From Polaromonas sp. (GTDB lineage Bacteria > Pseudomonadota > Gammaproteobacteria > Burkholderiales > Burkholderiaceae_C), in NCBI GenBank assembly GCA_013298945.1, contig JAAFJR010000008.1, positions 17,293 through 81,292 on the forward strand: 64,000 bases of DNA, in the 5' to 3' direction. The notes beneath the pieces are model-generated. The model had not been told where the DNA came from and ran no database searches. It saw only the letters and a program-made list of their open reading frames with translations. Positions 55,883-63,368 of this stretch are shown here, one piece after another (within the stretch, counting starts at the first letter, position 1; every line of letters begins with the position of its first letter). The translations under genes and the position numbers were made by a program.

Positions 55883-57103
55883 TTAACCCCGTGCCCGTCC
55901 ACCCTTCTCAGCCCATGTCCGCGTCCAGCGCAGCTGCATCACGCGCAACATGCCTAGCATGGCGATGGCGAGTACGGCGAAGAGGACAAACCCCCATAAA
56001 TACGTACCGGCATACTGCTTGGACAAACCCATGGCGTTAGGGACAATCGCGCCACCTAGAGCCCCAATTTCACCAATCATGGAGCCCGCGACCGCTGTGG
56101 TTAACGGCCAGCGCAGAGGTACGAGTTGAAACAATGCACCATTGCCCGCGCCCAATGCGGCAAAGCACAACATAAACAACAAGGTAGTGAGCGCGAGCGA
56201 TGTTCCTGCTAAACCGCAAAGCACTAAAGTGATGGAAACCATGATCAAGACGCCACTCAGGGTGGTGATACCGCCTACGCGGTCAGAAATGTAACCGCCC
56301 ACGACGCGGATAGCAGAGCCCATCAAGGCGGCAAGCATGGTGAGCTGGCCAGCTTCGATTTTTGTAACTTTGAACTGATCATAAAAATACGTAGGCAAGA
56401 AGCTGGCTAAGCCAATAAAGCCACCAAAAGTAATGACATAAATCAAGCTAAATGCCCAGCCGTCTTTTTCAAACAAGCAAGCGACATGCTGGCGCAGGCT
56501 TTGGTGCTCAACATCAGGTGGTTCTTTAGCAGCAAACCACATCACCGCCATTGGCAAGGTCATGCACAAAGCGGCTAAGCCGTACACCGTTTGCCAGCCA
56601 TAAGCCGTAGCTAACGGCGGTGCAAACAACACGGCAAGCACAGTTCCAGAATTGCCCGCACCAGCAATACCCATCGCCAAGCCTTTGTATTTAGGCGGAA
56701 ACCAGCCAGAACCCAAGCTCAGAGCAACGCCAAAACTTGCACCAGCAATGCCTAAAAGCACGCCCATAGCCAGCACATGGTTGTAACTGTTGATAAAGAA
56801 ATAACCGCCAGCTAATGCAAGCACGATCAAGCCCATCTCCACCATCGCGGCATTTTTACGGCCGATGTATTGCGCCAAAACGCCCAGCGGAAAACGCATC
56901 AAAGCGCCAGCCAAAATAGGCACAGAGACCATAAAGCCTTTTTGAGCAGCTGATAAATTAAATGCCTCAGAAATAAAGGGCGCCATCGCACCATTGAGCA
57001 CCCAGACGGCAAAGCAAAAATCAAAATATAAAAATGACGCAAACAAAGTAGGCGCGTGGCCACTTTTTAGGAATGTTCGAAAACCTGATGAATTACCCGA
57101 CAT
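55883..57103 (-). CDS. narK: MFS nitrate/nitrite transporter (NarK/NasA-type)
   Basis: 12 TM helices with an NNP-family glycine-rich motif region. Start chosen at MSGNSSGF because the longer ORF start falls inside the putative promoter. Confidence 0.8.
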   Translation of the reverse strand: MSGNSSGFRTFLKSGHAPTLFASFLYFDFCFAVWVLNGAMAPFISEAFNLSAAQKGFMVSVPILAGALMRFPLGVLAQYIGRKNAAMVEMGLIVLALAGGYFFINSYNHVLAMGVLLGIAGASFGVALSLGSGWFPPKYKGLAMGIAGAGNSGTVLAVLFAPPLATAYGWQTVYGLAALCMTLPMAVMWFAAKEPPDVEHQSLRQHVACLFEKDGWAFSLIYVITFGGFIGLASFLPTYFYDQFKVTKIEAGQLTMLAALMGSAIRVVGGYISDRVGGITTLSGVLIMVSITLVLCGLAGTSLALTTLLFMLCFAALGAGNGALFQLVPLRWPLTTAVAGSMIGEIGALGGAIVPNAMGLSKQYAGTYLWGFVLFAVLAIAMLGMLRVMQLRWTRTWAEKGGRARG

Positions 57104-57142
57104 GGTGCAAAGCCCTCTAAAAATTAACACATATCCCGACAA

Positions 57143-57158
57143 AGCGAGATTCATGCCA
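57143..57158 (-). promoter_or_regulatory. candidate sigma-54 promoter for narK-glbO
   Basis: The minus strand reads TGGCATGAATCTCGCT. GG and GC have correct spacing, but the -12 element is TCGC rather than TTGC. Confidence 0.45.
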
Positions 57159-57211
57159 ATTTTTGGTGCAGTGCACCAATTGAATCGTTTTAGCGATTGA
57201 ATTGCCCTGCT

Positions 57212-58060
57212 TTAAGCGGCTTGCTTCTCCACATGCCCTTGGCGGGTGTACAAAAAGTCAATCACCGCTTGGCGGTAGCCCGCATATTGTGGGTTTTTTG
57301 CCAAAGCGACGCGGTCGCGTGGGCGTGACAGTTCAACGGTTAGCACCTCGCCAATCGTCGCTGCGGGGCCATTGGTGAGCATCACGATTTTGTCGCTCAA
57401 CAGCACAGCTTCGTCCACATCATGCGTCACCATCACCACCGTGCTTTGGGTCTGGGCAACGATGGCCAGCAGCTCGTCCTGCAATTTGGCGCGGGTTAAG
57501 GCGTCCAATGCTCCAAAAGGTTCGTCCATCAATAGCACTTTGGGCTCCATCGCCAAGGCACGGGCGATGCCAACGCGCTGCTTCATGCCGCCTGAGATTT
57601 CACCAGGGCGCTTTTGGGCTGCGGCTGTCAGACCAACCAATTCCAAGGCTGCATCTGTGCGCGCTTTGAGTTGTACTTTGTTTTCAGACGGCGCGCCGGC
57701 ATTTTTATCGCCTGCACCAAAAACGCGCTCAACACCTAAATAGACGTTTTCAAAACATGTCAGCCATGGCAGTAAAGAGTGGTTTTGAAACACCACTGCC
57801 CGCTCAGGGCCAGGGCCTTTGATCTCGCGGTTGCCCAATAACAGTGCACCTTTGGTGGGCGTGGTCAAACCAGCAATCAGGTTCAACAGCGTTGATTTTC
57901 CGCAGCCAGAGTGTCCAATCAGCGTCACAAATTCGCCTTTGGCCACAGTCAGATTTACGTTTTGCAGCGCGCAAAAATTTCCTTTTTTGGTTTTGAAGGT
58001 TTGCTCAACGCCAGCAATGTCTATGTATTTTTTGTTCAAGTCATCAATAGTGGTACTCAT
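57212..58060 (-). CDS. nasD: nitrate/sulfonate-type ABC transporter ATP-binding protein
   Basis: Walker A GHSGCGKST, signature ISGGMKQRV, Walker B LLMDEPF. Located in the nasFED-like operon. Confidence 0.85.
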   Translation of the reverse strand: MSTTIDDLNKKYIDIAGVEQTFKTKKGNFCALQNVNLTVAKGEFVTLIGHSGCGKSTLLNLIAGLTTPTKGALLLGNREIKGPGPERAVVFQNHSLLPWLTCFENVYLGVERVFGAGDKNAGAPSENKVQLKARTDAALELVGLTAAAQKRPGEISGGMKQRVGIARALAMEPKVLLMDEPFGALDALTRAKLQDELLAIVAQTQSTVVMVTHDVDEAVLLSDKIVMLTNGPAATIGEVLTVELSRPRDRVALAKNPQYAGYRQAVIDFLYTRQGHVEKQAA

Positions 58061-58090
58061 GGTGATCTCCTTGTTTAACTGTTAAGCGGT

Positions 58091-59017
58091 TTAGTTTTTA
58101 ACTTCTTCGAATGTGAATGCGGTGGCGAGTTTGATGAGTGCATATTCCAGAATCAAACCCACAATGCCGATGACGAAAATCGCGATGATGATGTTTTTCA
58201 CATTCAGGTTGTTCCACTCGTCCCACACCCAAAAGCCGATGCCTACGCCGCCAGTCAACATCTCCGCTGCCACAATCACCAGCCAGGCCGTGCCAACGGC
58301 CAGACGCACGCCAGTCAACATATAAGGCAGGACGGACGGGAAGAGGATTTTCGTCACAATCTTCCACTCCGACAGGTTCAGCACCTTGGCCACATTCATG
58401 TAGTCTTGCGGCACGCGCTGAACGCCTACGGCAGTGTTGATGATCATGGGCCAGATGGAACAGATAAAAATCGTCCAAATCGCTGCTGGATTCGCACCTT
58501 TGAAGACCAACAAGCCAATGGGCAACCAAGCCAATGGTGACACGGGGCGCAGCAGGCTGATGAGCGGATTGAACATGCGGCTCAAAAACTCGAAACGACC
58601 AATGGCAAATCCTGCCGGAATGCCTACCGCCGCAGCCAAGCCAAAACCCAAAGCCACACGCTCTAGCGACATCAAAATATTCCAGCCCACGCCTTGGTCG
58701 TTCGGGCCTTTGCGGTAGAACGGGTCAGCGAAGATAACGACCGCTTGCTTGAAAGTGTCTATAGGTGTTGGAATACTGCCCGCAGTTAACGCAGACACCA
58801 GTGCCCACAAACCAATCAGCAAACCCAAGCCAAACAGAGGTGGCAAGACTGCCAGCCACATGGCACGCCAGTCAAATGGTGTGCGTGGCGCCTTTGGAGC
58901 ATCAGGTTTTGGCTCTGCCCGTGTTGCAGATACGGCTTTGACAACTACAGATTCAGGCCGAACAGCAACCGATTCGGAATGAGCCGCAAAGGGCGAATGA
59001 AAAACAGCGCTAACCAT
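58091..59017 (-). CDS. nasE: nitrate ABC transporter permease
   Basis: BPD_transp_1-type permease with an EAA-like loop. AAAGGAGAA Shine-Dalgarno. Confidence 0.85.
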   Translation of the reverse strand: MVSAVFHSPFAAHSESVAVRPESVVVKAVSATRAEPKPDAPKAPRTPFDWRAMWLAVLPPLFGLGLLIGLWALVSALTAGSIPTPIDTFKQAVVIFADPFYRKGPNDQGVGWNILMSLERVALGFGLAAAVGIPAGFAIGRFEFLSRMFNPLISLLRPVSPLAWLPIGLLVFKGANPAAIWTIFICSIWPMIINTAVGVQRVPQDYMNVAKVLNLSEWKIVTKILFPSVLPYMLTGVRLAVGTAWLVIVAAEMLTGGVGIGFWVWDEWNNLNVKNIIIAIFVIGIVGLILEYALIKLATAFTFEEVKN

Positions 59018-59044
59018 GGTGGTTCTCCTTTAAAACTGAACGAA

Positions 59045-60304
59045 TTACGCTTTAACTTTGAACGAATCCGCGTACTTTTTCGGGTCTTTGCCGTCCCACA
59101 CCACGCCGTCCATCAGCTTGCTGGTACGCATCATGTCTTTTGGCACCGGCGTTTTGCTGGCTGAGGCGGCGTCTTTGTACAAATCGATCTGGTTGATTTG
59201 CTTGGCCACAGTCAAATAGTCGGGATGGTCTTTGAGCAAGCCCCAGCGCTTTTGCTGCGTCAAGAACCACATGCCATCTGACAAATACGGGAAGTTGACC
59301 GCACCATCGCTGAAGAATTTCATGTGATTGGTATCGTCCCAAGTCTTACCCATGCCGTTTTGGTAGCGGCCCAAGATGCGTTGGTTGATGGCATCCACAC
59401 TGGTGTTGACGTAGCTCTTGTCAGCAATCGTCTCAGCCATCTTCAGCTTATTTTGCAAACCTGCATCAATCCATTTACTGGCTTCCAAAATTGCAGCGGT
59501 CACGGCGCGGGCGGTGTTTGGGTATTTTTTGACGAATTCGCCTGTTGTGCCCAACACTTTTTCGGGGTGATCCTTCCAGACATCTTGCGAAGTTGTGGCG
59601 GTGACGCCAATGCCGTCGATGATGGCGCGGTGGTTCCACGGCTCACCCACGCTGAAACCATCCATATTGCCGACGCGCATATTGGCCACCATTTGCGGCG
59701 GCGGTACGGTAATGACTTTGGCATCCGTCATCGGATTGATGCCATTGGCCGCCATCCAGTAATACAGCCACATGGCGTGCGTGCCAGTGGGGAAGGTTTG
59801 CGCAAAGGTGTATTCGCGCTTTTCGGTTTTCATTAACTTAGCGAGACTTGCGCCGTCAACAGCGCCTTTGTCGGCCAATTTTTTGCTCAACGTGATGGCT
59901 TGCCCATTGTTGTTCAAAGTCATCAAGACCGCCATGTCCTTTTTCGGTCCGCTCACACCGAGGTGAACACCATAGACCAAGCCATACAAGACGTGGGCAA
60001 AGTCCAACTCACCAGTTACCAGCTTGTCACGCACACCGGCCCAGCTGGCTTCTTTAGTCGGGATGATTTTGACGCCGTACTTTTTGTCTATACCTAATAC
60101 AGAGGCCATCACGACGCTGGCGCAATCTGTGAGCGGGATGAAACCGATTTTGACCTCGGTTTTCTCAGGCGCATCAGACCCAGCAGCATAAGCCACAGCG
60201 CGTAAGGCTGGGCTGACCACCAAAGCACTGGCGACAGCGGACTGCAAAACAGTGCGACGACTCAATGCCGATGCGGCTGGTGGGGTTGAAATCAAGTTAG
60301 TCAT
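59045..60304 (-). CDS. nasF: nitrate ABC transporter periplasmic binding protein (NrtA/NasF-like) with a Tat-type signal
   Basis: The N-terminal SRRTVLQSAVASALV is twin-arginine-like. NMT1/NrtA-like body. Confidence 0.85.
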   Translation of the reverse strand: MTNLISTPPAASALSRRTVLQSAVASALVVSPALRAVAYAAGSDAPEKTEVKIGFIPLTDCASVVMASVLGIDKKYGVKIIPTKEASWAGVRDKLVTGELDFAHVLYGLVYGVHLGVSGPKKDMAVLMTLNNNGQAITLSKKLADKGAVDGASLAKLMKTEKREYTFAQTFPTGTHAMWLYYWMAANGINPMTDAKVITVPPPQMVANMRVGNMDGFSVGEPWNHRAIIDGIGVTATTSQDVWKDHPEKVLGTTGEFVKKYPNTARAVTAAILEASKWIDAGLQNKLKMAETIADKSYVNTSVDAINQRILGRYQNGMGKTWDDTNHMKFFSDGAVNFPYLSDGMWFLTQQKRWGLLKDHPDYLTVAKQINQIDLYKDAASASKTPVPKDMMRTSKLMDGVVWDGKDPKKYADSFKVKA

Positions 60305-60348
60305 TTGGGTTAACTCCTTAGGTTTATAAAAAATGCAAAATTCAAACT

Positions 60349-60487
60349 CAAAACGAAAAAAGGCGTCCTCACGAAGCAGCTAGCGAATGAATCGCTAACC
60401 AGCTTGTGGGGACGCCTTTGTCCGAAAATCCTGTGCAACTTCCAACTTTGGAAACCGCTATTCAAAAAAACCGCCATTGGTTTTTTT
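60349..60487 (-). promoter_or_regulatory. nasF leader: two tandem hexaloop hairpins (ANTAR-type target) followed by an intrinsic terminator
   Basis: The RNA reads AAAAAAACC-AAUGGC-GGUUUUUUU, a 6-nt linker, then CGGUUUCC-AAAGUU-GGAAGUUG. Both loops have A1 and G4. Then GGCGUCCCCAC...GUGAGGACGCC followed by U6. Confidence 0.7.
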
Positions 60488-60504
60488 GATATTAATAACT
60501 ACGA

Positions 60505-60520
60505 AGCAATCTGCGTGCCA
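60505..60520 (-). promoter_or_regulatory. sigma-54 (-24/-12) promoter for nasFED
   Basis: The minus strand reads TGGCACGCAGATTGCT, an exact match to TGGCACG-N4-TTGCW. Confidence 0.75.
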
Positions 60521-60593
60521 ATTTTATAAAAATAAAAATCTTTCACTTGCCGAACAACACAAAACCCGTTCATCCTGAGCTTGTCGAAGGGTT

Positions 60594-61259
60594 CTAAACC
60601 AACAAATCAGCCACATCCAACATCCGCTGCGCCACCTCAACCACTTTCAAACTCTTGTCCATCGCAGTTTTGCGCAGTTTGTCGTAAGCAGCTTGCTCGT
60701 TCAAGCCTTGGCGCTGCATCAGCATGCCTTTGGCACGGTCAATCACTTTGCGGTCTTGCAACTCTACTTTGGTCTCTGCCAGCTCTTGGCGCAGAGCCTG
60801 CTCATGCTGAAAACGCGCCATCGCCACGTCTAAAATCGGGCGAATCCGCTCGCTGGACAGCCCCGCCACAATGTAAGCCGATACGCCAGCAGCTACCGCG
60901 TCTTTGACGTGGGAAGTGTCATTGTCATTGGTGAACATCACAATCGGGCGGCGTGCATCTCGGGTCGCCACCACCACATGCTCCAGCGCATCACGCGCTT
61001 GGCTTTCCGCATCCACAATGATCATGTCGGGCTGAAGCTGCGTCAAACGCTCGTTCAAAAACGTGTCTGCAGGCAGCACAGCGACCAAATTGAAGCCATT
61101 CTCAAGCAAACCAATGCGCAAACTGCGTGAGCGCTCCGCTTGGTTGATGGTATAGGCATCTGCGGGGTCAGCAATAGCTAACTCAGGGGCAATCACCACA
61201 ATGCGCAGCGCTTGCAAAGGCAGATTTGCTGGTTTAGCGAGAGATTTGCCTGTATTCAT
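60594..61259 (-). CDS. nasT: ANTAR-domain antiterminator response regulator (NasT/AmiR family)
   Basis: REC-like N-terminus and C-terminal ANTAR (LQDRKVIDRAKGMLMQRQGLNEQAAYDKLRKTAMDKSLKVVEVAQ). Confidence 0.85.
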   Translation of the reverse strand: MNTGKSLAKPANLPLQALRIVVIAPELAIADPADAYTINQAERSRSLRIGLLENGFNLVAVLPADTFLNERLTQLQPDMIIVDAESQARDALEHVVVATRDARRPIVMFTNDNDTSHVKDAVAAGVSAYIVAGLSSERIRPILDVAMARFQHEQALRQELAETKVELQDRKVIDRAKGMLMQRQGLNEQAAYDKLRKTAMDKSLKVVEVAQRMLDVADLLV

Positions 61260-61307
61260 ACTCAGAAAAATGCAACCATCGTGCCAATATGCTGCAGCGC
61301 AGCAAGT

Positions 61308-61751
61308 TTAATGCGCCGTCTGCGCCTTGCTCACCACGTCATACCTGCTTAGAGCATAGCCTCGGTCCTTGTAATGCTTCCAGCGGGTGCGAGCGGCTTG
61401 CAGGTCGGCTTCGTTTTGGCCGACGATTTCTAGCAAACGCTCAAATCGCTCAAAACCGGCGGGTAAAGCTGCACCAAGATTGAGCAAAACCTGCGATTCT
61501 GCGGCTGAATTGGGCAGATCCAAGCTCAAAACGATAGGCGAATGGGCGATGACCTCGGCTGCTGCATCTACCAAGCAATGCGGCAAAAACTCGGTTGGCG
61601 ACATTGCCCACAGTTTGGCGCTGAGCAATTTCAGTGCATCAATCTGCCCAAGAACAAGCACTTGGGCAGATTTTTTTTGTGTCGCACGCAAAAGGCGGCA
61701 GGCATAGTCCAGCTTGTCTGGCGCGTTGACGTGGAAGGCGATTTCGGTCAT
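61308..61751 (-). CDS. holC: DNA polymerase III chi subunit
   Basis: MTEIAFHVNAPDKLDYACRLL N-terminus, size, and the conserved pepA-holC neighbourhood. Confidence 0.8.
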   Translation of the reverse strand: MTEIAFHVNAPDKLDYACRLLRATQKKSAQVLVLGQIDALKLLSAKLWAMSPTEFLPHCLVDAAAEVIAHSPIVLSLDLPNSAAESQVLLNLGAALPAGFERFERLLEIVGQNEADLQAARTRWKHYKDRGYALSRYDVVSKAQTAH

Positions 61752-61757
61752 GCAAGG

Positions 61758-63320
61758 TTATGCTTTGACTGTGGTTTTTGCATTTTTAGCAGGTTTTTTT
61801 ACTATTTTTTTAATAGCTGTTGAGGCAGGTAATACGCTGGCTACAGCATTATTTGACTCTAAATCAAGCAAATAATTCAACAACAAAAGCACAGGACGAC
61901 CGGTGGAGCCTTTAACCGCCCCACTCTTCCATGCTGTGCCCGCAATATCCAAGTGCGCCCAAGGGTAGCTGGCGGTAAATTTTTGCAAAAACTTGGCAGC
62001 GGTGACTGAGCCTGCGGCACGACCTGCCACATTGGCCATGTCGGCAAAGTTGGACTTCAAGCCTTCGCCGTATTCGTCGTCCAAAGGCATGCGCCAGCAA
62101 GGGTCGCCGCTGGATTCGCCGGCTTTGAGCAAGGCATTAGCCAAATCATCGTTGGCGCTGAACAAACCGCTGCGCACCGCGCCTAGGGCAATGACGCAAG
62201 CGCCGGTCAAGGTGGCGATGTCGATGACGGCTGAAGGTTTGAAGCGTTCAGCGTAGGTCAGCGCGTCGCACAGCACCAAGCGGCCTTCGGCGTCGGTGTT
62301 GAGGTTTTCAATGGTTTGGCCGCTCATGCTGGTCACCACGTCGCCCGGTTTCACGGCTTTGCCGCTGGGCATGTTTTCGCAGGCGGGAATCAAGCCAACC
62401 ACGTTGATTTTGGGCTGAATCCCCGCCAAAGCGCGGAACGTGCCCAACACGCTAGCTGCGCCACACATGTCAAACTTCATTTCGTCCATCTCCGGCGCGG
62501 GTTTCAGCGAGATGCCACCTGTGTCAAAAGTGATGCCTTTGCCCACCAATACCGTGGGTGCAACGGCTTTAGCTGCGCCGTTGTACTTCAAAACAATAAA
62601 TCGCAGCGGCTGGTCTGAGCCCTGCGCGACGGACATGAACGAACCCATACCCAACTTGGCCACTTCCTTCAAGCCGAGTACATCAACGCTGATGTTTTTG
62701 TATTTTGACAAGCTCTTGGCCGCTTTACCCAGCAAGTCTGGCGTGGCGTGGTTGGCGGGGCGATTTCCCCACTCTTTTGCGAACTCAATACCACTCATAG
62801 CCGGCGTAATATATGCCTGAGCAGCTATTAAATCAGTAGCACTTAAAGCATCTTTATCAACCACTACGGTGATGTGCGTGAGCTTGCGCGGCTCGACTTT
62901 GGTTTTGGTGCTGGTGTAAACGTAACTGGCATCAGCTGCGCAGAGTACGGCGGCTTTAACAGCTTCTGAAGTGATTTTGTTAACTTCGCTCAAGCAAATG
63001 ACGAGTTTTTTAGCTGACGTAGACTTGATACTTGAAACTGCTGCTGTAACGGCGGTTTTGATGTTTTTGACCGAACCGTCACCAGCACCGACCAACACGG
63101 TTCGCGTAGCGGCTGCATGGCTGGAGCGGTAGACTTGCAGCAATTTACCAGTTTTAGCTTCAAAATCGCCCTCTTTCATAGCCTGGGAAATCAAATCCGT
63201 TAAATTAGCTGTGGTTTTAGACTTGGTTTGAGAAAACGACTCAGGAACAAGCACAATCAAGGCGTCGCAGGTGGTTTTGCTGGTTTGCGTTATATCTTGG
63301 GCAATGAGTTTCAGTTCCAT
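61758..63320 (-). CDS. pepA: leucyl aminopeptidase (M17)
   Basis: VGKGITFDTGGISLKP and NTDAEGRLVLCDAL motifs. Divergent from lptF, as in many proteobacteria. Confidence 0.9.
   Translation of the reverse strand: MELKLIAQDITQTSKTTCDALIVLVPESFSQTKSKTTANLTDLISQAMKEGDFEAKTGKLLQVYRSSHAAATRTVLVGAGDGSVKNIKTAVTAAVSSIKSTSAKKLVICLSEVNKITSEAVKAAVLCAADASYVYTSTKTKVEPRKLTHITVVVDKDALSATDLIAAQAYITPAMSGIEFAKEWGNRPANHATPDLLGKAAKSLSKYKNISVDVLGLKEVAKLGMGSFMSVAQGSDQPLRFIVLKYNGAAKAVAPTVLVGKGITFDTGGISLKPAPEMDEMKFDMCGAASVLGTFRALAGIQPKINVVGLIPACENMPSGKAVKPGDVVTSMSGQTIENLNTDAEGRLVLCDALTYAERFKPSAVIDIATLTGACVIALGAVRSGLFSANDDLANALLKAGESSGDPCWRMPLDDEYGEGLKSNFADMANVAGRAAGSVTAAKFLQKFTASYPWAHLDIAGTAWKSGAVKGSTGRPVLLLLNYLLDLESNNAVASVLPASTAIKKIVKKPAKNAKTTVKA
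61801..61849 (+). repeat. dispersed repeat, copy J (49 bp; forms part of the pepA 3' end)
   Basis: actattttttttaatagctgttgaggcaggtaatacgctggctacagca. On the coding strand it encodes AVASVLPASTAIKKIV. GAG variant. Confidence 0.85.
62793..62840 (-). repeat. 48-bp dispersed repeat, copy K (in frame inside pepA)
   Basis: actcatagccggcgtaatatatgcctgagcagctattaaatcagtagc. Encodes ATDLIAAQAYITPAMS. CAG variant. Confidence 0.85.
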
Positions 63321-63368
63321 CTTGGTCTTTCCCTTTTGTTTCCGTTTTAGTTTCGTAAAATAACCCTA

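Noticed and set aside
57163-57179. The 8-1-8 palindrome as a rho-independent terminator for nasD
   Set aside because: A 1-nt loop is sterically impossible, and opening the stem leaves about 6 bp. No U-run follows on the transcribed (minus) strand.
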